Positions 12,459 to 26,386 of a stretch of 64,000 bases of DNA are shown here, in pieces. Positions within the stretch are counted from its first letter, which is position 1; each line of letters starts with the position of its first letter. The stretch is from Camelus dromedarius (taxonomy: Eukaryota): the NCBI RefSeq assembly GCF_036321535.1, contig NC_087436.1, forward strand, positions 82,338,001-82,402,000, read 5' to 3'. The notes under the pieces were generated by a model, which made no database searches, was not told where the DNA came from, and was given only the letters and a program-made list of their open reading frames with translations. The position numbers and the translations under genes are program-made.

Positions 12459-12780
12459 TAGTTGTCCTTTGGTATCCTGGGAAACTGGTTCCAGGACACT
12501 CACTCCACAGCAAAATCCGAGGATGCTCAAGTCCCTTATATAAAATGTTACAGTATTTGCATATAACCAACCTACATCTTCCTCTCATATACTTTAAATC
12601 CTCTCTGTATCACTTATAATACTCAATTCAATGTAAATGCTAGGTAAATAGTTGCTGGTGCGCCGCTAATTTAAGTTTTGCTTTTTGAAACTCTGGAGTT
12701 TTTTTTTCCCCCTGAATATTCTCAGTCTGAAGTTCCCTGAATTCGCCTAAATGGAACCCATGGATATAGATGGCCAACTG
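12459..12780. mobile_element. TcMar-Tigger MITE (MER2)
   Basis: TIRs tagttgtcctttggtatcc / ggatatagatggccaactg followed by TA; internal gatgctcaagtcccttatataaaatg. Confidence 0.85.
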
Positions 12781-12889
12781 TACTAGTTTTAAAACTATGA
12801 GAGTACTCTTTTTTTCTATTTAAAATTACTTAAGCTGTTGCCTTCCTTTTTAGAGAAATCTGTTAGGCATATCTAACACAAAGCACAAA

Positions 12890-13640
12890 AACTAGTGGTT
12901 AATAGCAAAGTTTAGAGCCAGTTTTGGGATTCCGTATTAGCTGTGTAGCCTTGGACAAGTCATTTAAAATCATTCTGAGTTTCAGTTGTCTTGTAAGATT
13001 GTTGTGAAGCATAAATGAAGTAACATATGTAAAGTACTTAGCCCTGTATCTAGTTCACAGTAAGCATTCAATATATTTACATTATTAATTTTGTAAATCA
13101 TGTGATTCTCAGTCCTTGGTGAGGAACACAATCTTCCAATCGACATTTTTTCCAGCAAAGAAATAATGTATGCTTTCTAATGATCTACATTCAGATTCAT
13201 TTTTCACTATAGCAAAAGATGAGAACTAGCTACATTACTCTTTTTTTTTTTTTTAGATAACAACAGTCAGCATTAGTTGAGCGCTTACTATCTACTCTGT
13301 ATGACTGTATAACTTTGGTTAAGTTACATAATCTTTCATTAGTTTCAGTTTCTCAATCTGTAAAAATGAGGAAAGTAACAGTACAAACTCGATAGGACTG
13401 TTACAAGGATTAAATGAGTTTATAAATTGTCTGACACATAAATCTATATAAGTAACTGCTATTATTTGAATTAGTTATTTCACATTTATTCATTTCAATC
13501 CTCAGGACAACCCAAAGAGGTATTATTCCTTTACTTATAATTGTGCCCAATGAGGCTCAGAGAAGCTAAGAAACCTCCCCAAGGTCACACAGTATTTAAG
13601 TGGCAATACCCAGGACGCAACATAGACTTGCCTATCAGCA
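12890..13640. mobile_element. Cluster of MIR SINE fragments in both orientations
   Basis: agctgtgtagccttggacaagtcattt, cagtttctcaatctgtaaaaatgag, tgaggctcagagaagctaag...cccaaggtcacacag. Confidence 0.7.
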
Positions 13641-14126
13641 AAAACTCAATACTAGAACAAAGATGGCATTAACCTTTTCTTTGTACAGGAAGTGTAACTA
13701 TATCTTTGCATGGTATATATAAATTCCTTTATGAGAACTAAAATACATATATTAAAATATTCTCTCCACACAGAAAATGTCTTTGAATTTTTTAAAGTTC
13801 AAGAGAATATACGTAAAATTACTGATCATCTTACATTCATCTCTAATTGATCTTTGAGATCTATATAGACCTCTCAGACTATTTTATAAAGAGCAAATCT
13901 AGAGAGCCAGAGTTCTGCTGTTTCAGTCTATAAATCCCCAAGTACTGATTTAGAACCTTGAACTTTGAAAAGCATTCAGATTTCAAATGAAAATACCAAT
14001 ATCAAAGGGGAAAAGAAAAAAAATCTCAAGTAAAAAGACAAAGACATTACTCCACTGGACAGACTCATTCATAAGTTTGTACAGCATCAGCTGATCAATC
14101 TCATACTCTTTAGACCTTGTGATTAC

Positions 14127-14189
14127 CACTGGTAATTGACCCAGAAACAGAACTTGGCTTCACAGTGTAAAGCCTTATAGTTCAGCAAT
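14127..14189 (-). other. Candidate 63-nt 5'UTR exon
   Basis: tattttccttgtttgtgatag|ATTGCTGAAC...TTACCAGTG|gtaatc; splice motifs only. Confidence 0.3.
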
Positions 14190-16104
14190 CTATCACAAAC
14201 AAGGAAAATAGGGCAGTTTGATACAGCTTACTTCCAAACTCTATCACAAGAATGAACTCAAACTTAGAATGCTAACCTAATTCTGAAATTTCCAAAATGC
14301 AAACAAGATTAATTTTAAATGTTATAAATGAAAATCACAAATTATAATCTAATCTACATAAACTGACTGGAAATTTCATATTTTCCCCAAACTAGCAATA
14401 CTGAACGTTAAAATGATCATCAATTAGAATTCAATATAACTTTACATTCCATGCTATACAAGAAGAAATATTATACAACAAATATACTATATAAATCTCG
14501 TCATCTAGTTTGGAAGAAAAAATACTTAATTTCTTTACCATTTGGTGTTTTGTTGAGAAAGGGAAAAAGTCCAAATTTTAGAATAAACAAACCAAATTAT
14601 CTTTTAACATTTCAAAACAATATTCTAACATGCTGGATTGTATTAGGGTGCCATTCTTTGCCATGCATTCTATTGCTCATCAATGCTGGCAGGGTGGGAG
14701 GAGGAACAGACAGTATCTGCCTAACAACAATGGATCAATCAGTGGTGTCAGCTCCAGGTACAAGCAACAGCACTTTTATTGGTATGGGCATAATATACCA
14801 AAAATATCACACTGTAGTTCAAAAACAAAACAAAACAGGCACTCGGGTGCTGCAAAAATTACCTGTTCACGAACAGAAACCTATTCACTTTCCTTTCTCA
14901 TAAACACTAATTTTAAAAATAACCTGCAAAATATCCAATAAAGAAACCTGCCTAGATACTGAAGCTAATGGTTCTTAGAACCTTTGAGGGGAGAATGGCT
15001 GTGGAGAGGATGGTCACGAACCCCTTTGTTAAACTATGTTGAAAGTTGTGGGTCTTCTCCTTAGAAAAGTACAGATATACACAGAATTCACAGACTACTG
15101 GAAGACCATTTACAAGTGTACCTACAGATCCAGGTTAAGAACCAGAGATGAAGTAGAAATTTTCCTAAGGTCCCTTTGACCCTCTTCCATAATTTTATTA
15201 CTGTCTCACAAAAACCAACTAAATTATTCATAACCAGACAATGAACTCTCTTGTACAGCCACCCTTGAAAAAAAAAGTTTGATAGTACTTACATAAGCAG
15301 TATCCAACAGAAAATAAACTGTACGGACACATTTTAAAATACAGCATGTGACAATGATACCAATGAACACAACAGTACATTACAGTTTATAAAATGATTT
15401 CGCATACTATAACAATTAATATTTTATCCTCCTTTTATAGCTAAAGAAAGAGAGGTTCAGAAAATTACTTGCCATGGTCCCACAGACAACAAGTGAAGAG
15501 CTGGGATTCTAATTCAAAGTTGCTTAGTTCCAGAACTGAGCTCAGAACATTATATCCTGAAGCTTCCACAAAAGTCCCTCAAACAGAGAAAACAGATTTT
15601 TTAAAAAAGCCTAATGGGTCACACTTTATTGAAGTTATACCTTTAATCTTGATATCAGTTAAAAATATTACATTTTGTATGTTCAATTTCCTCTTGCTTC
15701 ACTGGTTAACATGAAACATGTTTTTCAGAAAAGTGAAGAAATGGTCAAACTATTAAGTTTTAGGACTGAAAAATATGACATTCTGTAATTTTATGAAGCA
15801 TTTCTTCTCCCGCATTAGTTTTTTTTTCTTTAGTTCTTAACATACAAAAATTAATGACTGTTGAAAATTCAAACATAAGAAACCAAACTTTAAATATCCA
15901 ATTTTTTCAAACACTAAAGCTATTTGAAATTAATTTTTAGGATGTTCAAAATAGTCCCCTTACTACACTTAAAAAAACCCAAAACTTAGCAATAAAAAGA
16001 CAAACCCCCCCCAACAGTCCCCTTAATCTTTTAAAAATGACAATACCCATTTTCGGTTCTCTATAACTTAAAAGTTCTTAATTTTTTGAAAAAGGGCATT
16101 TGTC

Positions 16105-16350
16105 TAAACCCACTGAATGTACAACACCAAGAATGAACCTTAATGTAAACTCTGGACTTTGGGTGATGATGTATTATCAACGTAGGTTCATCAGTTATAA
16201 CAAATGTACCACTCCGGTGAGGGGTTTTTGATAGTGGAGGAGGCTGTGCATACATGGGGCAAGGCAGAGGGCCTAGGGGTACAGAAGGTATATGAGAACT
16301 CTCTGTACCTCCCACTTAAATTTGCTATAAAGCTAAAACTGCTCTAAATA
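16105..16350 (+). mobile_element. Old L1 3'UTR fragment
   Basis: gaatgtacaacaccaagaatgaaccttaatgtaaactctggactttggg...gaactctctgtacct. Confidence 0.8.
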
Positions 16351-16398
16351 TAAACTATTTTGACAGAGAGGGGAGGGGGTCAAATTAACCTACCTTAC

Positions 16399-16466
16399 CT
16401 TCTTCTTTAACAAATGAGGAAACACTGTTTTTAAAAACTACCCTCACTGACTGCGAATTAAGTTTC
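16399..16466 (-). other. Candidate 68-nt 5'UTR exon
   Basis: ttgcatgttctgcatcctggcag|GAAAC...GAAGAAG|gtaagg; strong donor, moderate acceptor. Confidence 0.3.
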
Positions 16467-18019
16467 CTGCCAGGATGCAGAACATGCAATTATTACAGAA
16501 TATACTGTCACCTTAGAAAGCAACAGTAGCAATCTTATCAAATGCTAAAAGAATTAGCAGTTTTAACTGTTAATATGATAAAGCTAAATACAACAGCTGA
16601 GTACGGTATCCTAAGATTTCTTTTGATATTTATGTTCATCCTCTTTGGTATCTCAAAGGTGATATGCGAAGTGACTAAAAGTTTGAAATGGGTCATGGGT
16701 TGGCTGACAAACTAAAGTGGCTGCCAGTAGAAAGGACAAGGAAAAACAGCAACCAATGAAAAAAGCCACCGCCAAGTAGAGGTCCTCTGCTTATCCAAGT
16801 CTATCCTTTGGCAGGACCAAGATGGAGGAAAACGATTTCCTTACAGAGTCAGAATCAAGAATACCAAGAATCAAACAGCTCTCAACCTACACAGGAAAAA
16901 AACACTGCAAAGAAAGAAGAAATGCAACCAGTAGATATAATTCTCGTGTCAACCCAACTTCTTTCAAGAACCTTTTCCCAAAGAATCTTTCCAAAGTGGT
17001 AACACTAGCATAAAAGGCCAGCTATTCTATTAATACAGATTAAAAGGAGCACTGAGAAAAGTTCAATTTTCTACAAAAAGTCATCAGATCAAACACTGCT
17101 AAGTGGGAAAACAAAAAGCTTTTCAAACTCAGGTGCCCAAACGCTAGGACTGTGCAAATCCAGTGAAGGACCAGCTCCTGGCTAGAACTATGAAGACAAA
17201 TCGCCTCCCTCAGGAAACTAGCAAGCTAACTAAGCCCAGAACTGAGTGGAAGGAGGAACGAGCTGGCATCAGGGGCTGTAAAACAACTCCAACGAGCGGC
17301 TGCGTGTTTTGAAAAAGGCTGCAGTTCTCGTGTCACACCGGGAGGCACTCTCCGATCCGGTCTCCACCCCCGCGGATGGTCCACCTGGCGCGGGCTGCAA
17401 ACCCCCGGCACCAGCAGGTCCGACTCGCAGCGAGCCCCGCGGACCGGCCAGTCCCGACGGGCAACGAGCCTCTCGGGCGGGCCAGTGCGGGACAGGCGGC
17501 TAACCCTCCGGACCCGCAGCATGCCCCCAGAGCCAGCAGTCCCGGAGGGGCGGCCACCCCCCGGCAGGCTGCGAGTCCTGCGCCGCAGGGCCCCGAGTCA
17601 CAGGCCGCGGGTCTCGGGGGTGTCCCGCCGCCCTCCCCGGACCCCGAGCCCATGCCAGCCGTACCGCGCTGCTCGTTCCCGGGACCCCGCGAAGCACCTG
17701 CCAGCCCCTCTCTTCTTCGAAAGACCGAGAGGGGCCGCCGGCGAGGCTGACAGAGCCAGAGGCTGGGGGTCCCCTCGAAGAACGCGACCCCGTTCCCCAC
17801 GCCGAAGGGGGCGACAGAAACCGTGCAGCGGTTTAATGGGCCCAAACGCTCTCAGCTGCGGAGTTTGGGTCACTCCCCGCAAGCCTGGAGTTTCCCCGCG
17901 CCACAGGCGCGAGCCCGGGAGGCGCTACGATTTGGGGCTGCGGCGACGGGAGACTTGGCGTGAGCGGACCGCACCGCACAAAGGAAGAGGGGAGTGAGGG
18001 AGTACGAGCGTCCGGTTAC

Positions 18020-18200
18020 CTCAGTCCGCGGCTCGTTCCTCCACTCGGTTCCTCCCGGCTTCAACACGGCTGCAGCCGAGCTATCAGCTTCCTGCAGCCC
18101 GGAGCCGCGCCGCACCAGCCCCGCACGAGCACCGCACGAGCACCCGACGGACGCGCGCTCCGCTGAGCGGCCTCGCCGAGCTCAGCCGGCGTCCAGCGTT
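18020..18200 (-). other. Probable non-coding exon 1 of an unidentified minus-strand gene (5' end approximate)
   Basis: Donor ACTGAG|gtaacc at 18020/18019; no minus-strand ATG seen; promoter motifs lie just to the right. Confidence 0.6.
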
Positions 18201-18257
18201 CTCTCGCCTCCGCCCCCGAAGCGGCGGCCTCAGGGAAGGGGCGAGGAGCGCGTGCCC

Positions 18258-18372
18258 GCGCCTGCGCACAGCACCCTGGGAAGAGTGGTTTCGAATTACC
18301 TTCTCCTGGGGCCCGCCCCCGCCCCCACGCGCTCGCCCGGCCGGCTCCCTGTGGGCGGTGGGAGTTTTCACC
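18258..18372. promoter_or_regulatory. NRF1-like site and Sp/KLF GC boxes of a TATA-less proximal promoter
   Basis: gcgcctgcgca 18258-18268; gcccgcccccgccccca ~18311-18327; gggcgg ~18353. Confidence 0.65.
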
Positions 18373-19795
18373 CCACGATGGGTGTTACCCTGCCCGGTAC
18401 TGCAGACCAACGCCTTGCGGACGCTCTCAAAACTCATTTTTAGATAGGTCACAGCATAAATACCTCTGGAGTCAACTGTTTCTTTACTTCCTTGGCAGTA
18501 GAGTAAATCTCCTCCTGCTCATGATGAGGGTTCTTAGGGTCTAAGTCTTTAAAAAAAAAAAAAAAAAGGGAAAAAGGGCTTCGGCTTTTATTCCTGTCAC
18601 TTTCTCCACGTGCTCTGCAAAGGATATACAAAACAGCTGGTGTTTATAAATACATGCCCACAGATTGTAAGCCTAAGGAAGCAGTTGATTGACCTAAGCG
18701 CTCACTGCTGAAATCCGTTGCAAGTAAAAATACTGAAATAAACTAATTTTTCAATAAAGTCAATGAAATGTAGGAGGGAGGAGTTTGAGAGAGCAAAGAA
18801 AGCAAATTTGGAAGAAGGATATTCACCTAAATGTGTTTTTTGTTAGAGTAACCTCAAGCTTTCACAATCCAAGGAATCTATTTCAGAATAAACTCAACCG
18901 TAGGTGCATTTATAAATATTAAACACGTATGTTTGTATTGATTTGCTAGAAATAAGCTTTTTTTTTTAACAATAGCATCTTATGTAAAAACCCCAAGATG
19001 ACAATTTGAAATTCATTTCTAGGAGAAAAAGTCACTTTTCTTTTTTTAAATGGCAGAAGTAGAAATACGTATTAATATTTCAGAACATTTCTCTGCAGAA
19101 CATTATATTTTGCAAATTAAATGCAAACACCCTTAGAAAAATAGTGCAAGACCGGTTTAAGTGTGCACTCAGAAGAAAACTTGTAAAATTTGTGTGGAAG
19201 TATGATGTAATACTACATATTTAATAAGACCATGTTCTAATAGAATTTTTTAATAATCTGAACTTTTCTTTTTAATTGCATGTTCAGTGTCTCCTAAAAA
19301 ATGCTTATAGAACAGGACTGCTCTTTTTCTCTGCTAATTGATATACCCAAAGCAGACTATTTGTAGTTACTAACTACATAAAAAAAATACACAATATTTT
19401 AATCTTGTTACCGTTTTTTCAAGAATATTTAGTGAGCACCTACTACATGCCAGACCCTGAGCTAGGAACTGGGAAATACACGGTGAACAAAACTGAATAG
19501 TCCCTGACCTTGTGGAGACTTAGATCCAGTGGAGGAGACAGAGAAATAAACAGATAATGAGAAATAAAAAGGTACGCAAAAGGTGGCAGGAGGAGTGGGG
19601 ACCATATAAAGTATACCAATCTAGAGCTTTTTTTGGGAGAGGGGATTCAGACAAAAATTCTGAAAATTGCTTGAAATTCTCAAACCACATAACAATAAAC
19701 TGGCGAGAAAAGTCCTTCCCCAAAATGTGATATATCAACAACAATGCCCTCAATTACTTTTTAAAAATATCTATCTTACAAAGCAAGATACACCT

Positions 19796-20334
19796 TGATA
19801 GGGTTCAGAACATGCTACCTCAAGTATGCCACCTTGGCATACCAAATACCTTAAACTGAAGAAATTTGAGAAAACAGCAGAAGCAGGAAGGTCACTCTAC
19901 CTTCCCCCCTCACTCTTCTTCCCCAAAACAGGTCATAAAACTCCCATATAAAAGATATCCTTCCTATACCAGGAGAAAAGAAGACATTCTTATCGCCAGA
20001 GATGGAGTTTAGGGCCAAGAAGTCTATATAAACAACCTTGTTAAACTAATCTTATCTTCCTAGTTACTTCTTTACCATTTACTAACCCTAGCCCAGACCA
20101 CATTGGTCAATTCTTCACAAATACATTGTTTTTTTTTTTTTGCCTGAAAGGTGTAAAAGCTTACTGCTCTGGTCACCTTGGGTATTCATTCTCTTGAATG
20201 TACTGAAGTCTCTGATGTACATGTAAAAATTCAATAAAATTTGTATGCCTTTATCCTGTTAATCTGTCTTTGCTTAATTTTCAGGCATAGACAGAGACCC
20301 TAGGAGGGTTCAGGAAACTTCTTCCTCAGCTACA
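19796..20334 (+). mobile_element. ERV1 solo LTR (MER34-like)
   Basis: TG...CA ends; 4-bp TSD acct (19792-19795 / 20335-20338); gggttcagaacatgctacc start; aataaa ~20233. Confidence 0.85.
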
Positions 20335-23300
20335 ACCTCAACTGAAAGAAAAGAACACACATTTCCTAAATATGACAAAAATATCTTCTTAGTTTTTATT
20401 CATTCCTCCCTAGCTTCACTTGAGAACAAGACTAGTCATAATAAGTAAGGACGTTTTGTTAGAGGCTCCTTCCCTTCCCTAAAGTTCCATAAATCAAAAC
20501 TGGAAAGGATCTGATATCTGTTGGCTCACTGTTGTACTTTGGTCCAAATAAATTACAATGTTTTAACCTCAATTGACATTTGTATTTTAAGTCTTTATCT
20601 CTAATCCTGGAATAAAAGGCTTTCTAATCCCCAGAAGAATTTTCACATGTGGCCTGCAGAGGAATTTGGAAAGATTAATGAAGAGGACCATTTTATTTTC
20701 ATTTGTAGTGGAGGCAAAGCTTTCAGTCAGAGAGCAGTTCCCTGGACAGTTGCGTAACTATGAAAAATTCCTTAAAGAGCCTGAACACCCCCAGCAAGAC
20801 CACCCCTCCTGTCCAGGTCAGAGTCACTGGTGTGCAGTTAACCTTTCTTCCCACATCTCAACTTCTATTTTCTCACCTTCCCCCACAGCCTTTACGGTGG
20901 TGCTTCAGCTCCCATAACAGCAATCACTTCCTGCCTTTGGCCCCACAGTACTCTGGATGGCTGCATTTTCTGGCCTCAGCCTAGCAGCCTATCTTAAGCT
21001 ATTTCAGTAAGTTTTTGACAGTCCTTCCATCCATTATCCTTGCCATTAATCTGACACAAGTATCTCTGAACCTTGGCTGACCTCTTTTTCATTCTCCTCT
21101 CTGTAATATTTGAATTTCCCTGATTTCTCCCTGGGCCTTCATGATCGCTGTGCCTTCTCCCTCTTTGCCTGGCTCACTCTCTCCTACTCACCATCCAACA
21201 TCAGCCTAGATACCGTTTATCGTCAGGAAGTCTCTCCTGGTGACAGCTCCCCTCCTCTCTATTCTGGATTAGGGCTTCCTATCTGTACTCACATTACAAC
21301 CTATTTCTGCTCCTCAGGTGAGCATTTTCTTTAGATATCTGTTCTTTCATTTGTCTGGAAGCTTCTTAAATAGAAAGTAGGAGCACAGACTTGATATAGA
21401 GTAGCTGTTTAACATACCAGAGAAATAAATAAAAGTATATCAACTTTGTGCAATAAAGTACTCACCAAATATTTTCTGTAAAGAAATTAGTTTAAGCTTG
21501 TGGACCTTAAGGTCTCCATTGCAACTCTTCAACTCTGCTTCTTAAAGCGTGATGGCTATTTCTCACTGGTGGCTCCAGAATATTTATGTAACAGAGAATT
21601 TGAGTAAAATTTGAATGGAAACAGTGGGGGTGCAGCTTTGGCTATAAGACATTACTTGAGGATATGGTTACAAAGCAGGTACACTGTTCTTATTTAGAGT
21701 GATTTATATTTATTTTGGGTAGTTTGGGGGTGGGTCAGTAGATGGAGCTAAAACAGAAGGCATCTTTGGTATAGTCACTGCCAGTGAGATTTGTTTCTTT
21801 TGAAAATTACCTGCAGTGGTGAGTTTTTAACGTGTAGAAAGTGGCCCAGTGATACAAATGTAATTGTGTTTCAATTCCAATATTATTCCAAATGTATGGT
21901 CTCTATGAAAAGTACTTCTTTCATTCAGATATAGATGTCAATTACATTAGCTTTCTGATATCTTCACATTCTCATAAAGAAACCTACCTCTGAAAAGTTT
22001 TTTTTTTTCATTAAAATAAATGCAGCATGGCAGGTATTTGTAGCTGCTTAAACAGTATCTTCTTGCAGTACAGTCTTCATGAACAAAAGGAATCCCAGTG
22101 TTTTTGGGGAGATGACTAAGTTCTCAGCTAACAGATCATTTGTCAGGTTCCCTGACGGACGAAGTTCTGTTCATAAGGTATAAGCACACGTGTTGCATGG
22201 GACTTTGGGGATGGCTGCTTAAAGAGAACTGATTTAGCTCTACCAAATACTTCGCTCTTTCTTCCTTCTTCCTGGAAGTAACAGCTTGAGTTTTAGCAAC
22301 CACCTTGGACTATGAGGCTCTTTGAGGGTGAAAGGCATCTACAGGATGGTGGAAGAATGACAGAAAGAGCCTAAGTCCCTGATGACCACTGAACTAAACC
22401 TCCAGAACAGTCCCACTACAGGCCTTTCAGGGTTGGAAGTTCCAGTTGTAAAAAGGATGATATTTGTATGTGATAAACAAAATGTAGCTGCTTCCAAATT
22501 CTGGAACTGGCACAGTGGCCTGCCCAGGCTTGCAGGCTTTCTTTTCTACTTTAATTAGCAATTTAGGACTGGGGTCCTTCCACAGGGTCAGTGGAGAAGG
22601 AGTTACAACAGTCAGGAGCTGTGAAGAGATCAGCAGATGAAAACCATTGATTGAAAGAGATAAACCAGGGTGGACTAATCAGGCAGGGTATGTGGATTTA
22701 CTTCCCTCAGCCTTGATCATTTTGCACAGAAGCTTTAAGACAATATTTTGAGGTTATCATGTTACAGCCTTGTGATGATGATGTCATTCTTTTCCCTCAA
22801 TGGTTGCTGACTGTTATGCAGCCACAGTCTAGAACTCATGCACTCCAAATCCTTGCATGGATGGTGCCGAAAGAAGCTTAAATTTTCAGATCCTCTTTGT
22901 AAGTGATTCTCCTTGGGAGTTTATAAGCCAAATTGAAAAAGAGAAATTGTTATAACTGCATTTCTTTTTCAAGGAAGCAGAACCAAAAGAAGAACCTTCA
23001 GCCAATTTCCTCAGAGGCAAAATTGGATTATTAGAACAGAATAGCCTGTTGTTCAGCCTGTCTGGGAAGTTTCAGTTGCTACTTTCATCATCAGCTGAGA
23101 CTTGAGTCATGGAAGTCCAGAGCGTGATTGGATATGTGCCTACCTGGATGGAGGTACCACAGAAAGACCCTGTTTTATGCTCACAGCTGTTGAGCAGAAA
23201 ACAGATGAGGCCAAAGAGGGCACAGGACAGGAGACATATGATCACCTGTGCTGCTTTGGCAAGCAGTCATTTATTTACATGTCAGTCAAGAATTTTTAAA

Positions 23301-23656
23301 CTTTACTCAGAATGTTGTCCTTAAACCTGGAATACCATTTTTCTTTAGAGAAACTTTAAAAAGAAACGTCCATCTTACCTGCCTCTCCTTGGTGTGAACC
23401 CTTTCCTCAAGCTCTACCAAATGTTTCACTTCTCTCTCCTCCCAAGGACCCCACTGGCAGGCTGCTGGCAGAAAACTCACAGTACAATCAAGGAGTCACT
23501 TGAGGCAAATGGAATAAAGGTGTGGACAGTTTCTAGGAAACACTTAAAAAAAGTCTAAATGTAGTACTCCTGAGTTAGTAAGGGAGCAGTTACCAAAAAC
23601 TGGAGAGAAGAGAAAGCTGTGTGGAGAGGTCTATTGATTATAATAAAGCCTTGTTA

Positions 23657-24529
23657 CCATTAGGCACATGAAAAAATGCTCAATGCTAATTGTCAGAGAA
23701 ATGCAAATCAAAACTACAAGGAGGTATCACCCCACACCAGTCAGAATGGCCATCATTAAAAAGTCTAAAAATAATAAATGCTGAAGAGGGCGTAGAGAAA
23801 AGAGAACCCTCCAACACTGTTGGGGGGAATGTAGTTTGGTGTAGCCACTATGGAAAACAGTATGGAGATTTCTTCAAAAATTAAAAATAGAGTTACTATA
23901 TGCCCACTCCTGGGCATATATCCAGAGAATATGCTAATCTGAAAAGATACATACACCCCAATGTTCATAGAAGCACTATTTACAATAGCCAAGACATGGA
24001 AACAACCTAAATGTCCATTAACAGATGAATGGACAAAGAAGATGTGGTATATAAATATAATGGAATACTACTCAGCCATAAAACAGAATGAAATAATGCC
24101 ATTTGCAGCAACATGGATGGACCTGGAGATTATCATACTAAATGAAGTAAGCCAGAAAGAGGAAGAAAAATACCATATGATATCACTTACATGTGGAATC
24201 TTTAAGAAAGGACACAAATGAACTTACTTACAAAATAGAAATAGGACCACAGACATAGAAAACAAACTTACGGTTACTAGGGCAGGGAAATGAGGTGGTT
24301 GGAGAGAGAAATTGGAGTTTGAGATTTGCAGGTACTAACTACTATATACAGAATAGGTAAACAACAAGGTCCTACTGTATGGCACAGGGAACTATATTCA
24401 ATATCTTGTAATAAACCATAATGGAAAAGAATATGAAAAAAGACTATATATATGTATAACTGAATCACTTTGCTGTAACCAGAAACTAACACTGGAAATC
24501 AACTATACTTCAATTAAAAAAATAAATAA
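23657..24529 (+). mobile_element. 5'-truncated lineage-specific L1, apparently inserted in an old LTR remnant
   Basis: ORF 23961-24221 MFIEALFTIAKTWKQPKCP...FAATWMDLE is the ORF2 C-terminus; TSD aataaagccttg(t/g)ta 23642-23656 / 24530-24544. Confidence 0.92.
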
Positions 24530-25339
24530 AATAAAGCCTTGGTAAAGGAAAGCAGCTCACTTGAGGCCACCCTCCAGGATGGGAGCTAGGGTAGAGATAC
24601 CCCAGTCTCCTTCTCCTTCTCTTTGACTTCAAGTGACACCCCCTGACAAAGGCAGCTGCTGGAAGCCAGAGGACGAGGAAGTCTGTGAATTTTGTCCATA
24701 AAGGTCAGCTTTTCTGGCACAAAGCTGGACAGAGAAGGGTGAAGAGGGATGAAGAGAGACAACTGGAAGATAGTCAGCCACCTACTGTGACATTTTTGCT
24801 CATGTTGGGTTTATCACCTAGAACGCCCTCATTTTCAACTGTCATATAATCCTCTGGTCTAGTCTGGGATTCAAGTGTGTGACCTACTTTTAAATAGGGA
24901 AATGCCTCTCTCTTCAGTTAGCATTTTCAGTTGTATCAGCCATACTGACAATTATATACATCCTTTATTGCCACCTAAATGCTTCAAATGTATATAAATA
25001 TTCTGTTATATTGTAACCTCTGTGGACCAGAATTAATGAGTTACACTTTTCAATCTCCCATAGCACCAAACAGAGTGTTTAGCACAGACCAGTTGAAACA
25101 AACTGTACTCTTCTTAATTCCCTTCCTCTTTTTATCCCCACCCCCTACCTACTTCAGAGGATGCTTATATCTTCATATTATTTTGTGGGCACTCAAGGGG
25201 GAAAAAATCACTTAAAATCAGCTTTAGAAAGCACAAGAAATCTAGATGTGTCTGTAGGGCTATTCCTGAAGTTGAATAGTGGGGCATGCAGATCAAACAT
25301 ACACATCCATCAGCAGACACCTGCAACTCTATCCAATTT

Positions 25340-25700
25340 TTTTTTCTGTCTGCCTTATTAACCCAAAAGGCAGGGGAGGCTAGACGTGCTGGGAAGTTCA
25401 CTGTCTCCAATCTCCCCCTGAGCAACTCTCAAACAGTGACGAAGGGGGTTAGTGACTAAAAAGCAAGCAACTTCGCCTACCTGATGGGGGACAACTCTGA
25501 GGTATCTTCTACAGGGTTTCCCAGAATTTCCCTGGGGATTGAGCCCAGCTGCCCACAGGGGGAGCTGCATGATAATGCATCCTTAATTAGCTTCCTTCCC
25601 TTTCTCCCTCTCCCTCTCTGTAGCTGCTTCTTGGAATCACTTCCCAAATGAAATACTGACAAATTCTTCAAGTTTACTTCTAAGGTAGAATGTTGTGATA
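25340..25700. mobile_element. ERVL-type LTR remnant (LTR16-like)
   Basis: gggattgagcccagctgcccacag...cacttcccaaatgaaatact resembles LTR16-type sequence. Confidence 0.45.
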
Positions 25701-26009
25701 ACAATGACATCCAGCCCACTTGTGGCAGGAATGAATATACAAGGATGTGCTTTGCTTGATATAACTTCTCTGTCCTGATACTTTCCTCTTCCTTTGCTTT
25801 CATGATACTAAACCTATTTTTGACCTACCTGAGAAAAATTACAGAGACATTTTTAAAACTAAAAATAAATGGTAGTGTTATTTTAACTTATTATAAAAGT
25901 AACATTATTTTTTGTTGAAAAAATGAGACAATAAAAATGACACCACTATTCTAAGATAGCAACTGTTAATATCTTGCTGTGTATTCTTATGGAACATTTT
26001 CTCTTTTTT

Positions 26010-26386
26010 TAAACAACAAAAATTTATTATCTCATAGTTCTAGAGTTTAGAAGTCCCAAATCGAGGTGAGGCCATGCTCCTTCTAAAGGCTCTGGGTAGG
26101 ATCCTTCTTGCCCTTTCCTAAGTACTGATAATGGCCATCAGTCCTTGGTGTTCTCGGCTTGCAGCTGCACTACTCAGTCTCTGCCTCTTTCATCACGTGG
26201 CATTCTTCTTGTGCGTGTCTCTCTCCACATGGCTTTTCCCTCTTGTTATAAAGTCATCAATCATTGGATTAGGGTCCACTCTAATGGCTTCATTTTAATT
26301 TGATTACATCTGCAGAGACCCTATTTCCAAATAAAGTCATATTCATCTCTTTTGAGGGGATTGAGGGGATACAATTCAGCCCATAA
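26010..26386 (-). mobile_element. MaLR solo LTR (MLT1-type)
   Basis: aaacaacaaaaatttattatctcatagttctagag...ccctatttccaaataaagtcatattc...caattcagcccataa. Confidence 0.85.

Larger units (their letters stand above)
17290..18430. promoter_or_regulatory. CpG island promoter
   Basis: ~1.1 kb GC- and CpG-rich block in an AT-rich, CpG-depleted background. Confidence 0.95.

Noticed and set aside
14451..14941. 150-aa and 103-aa plus-strand ORFs
   Set aside because: AT-rich intronic antisense sequence with no recognisable domain or gene structure
9532..18200. Naming the host gene
   Set aside because: No coding exon is in the window and I do not recognise the UTR sequence
17226..18452. Many overlapping 60-170 aa ORFs in the CpG island
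   Set aside because: Pro/Arg/Gly/Ala-rich on both strands, as expected from stop-codon scarcity in GC-rich DNA; no recognisable protein
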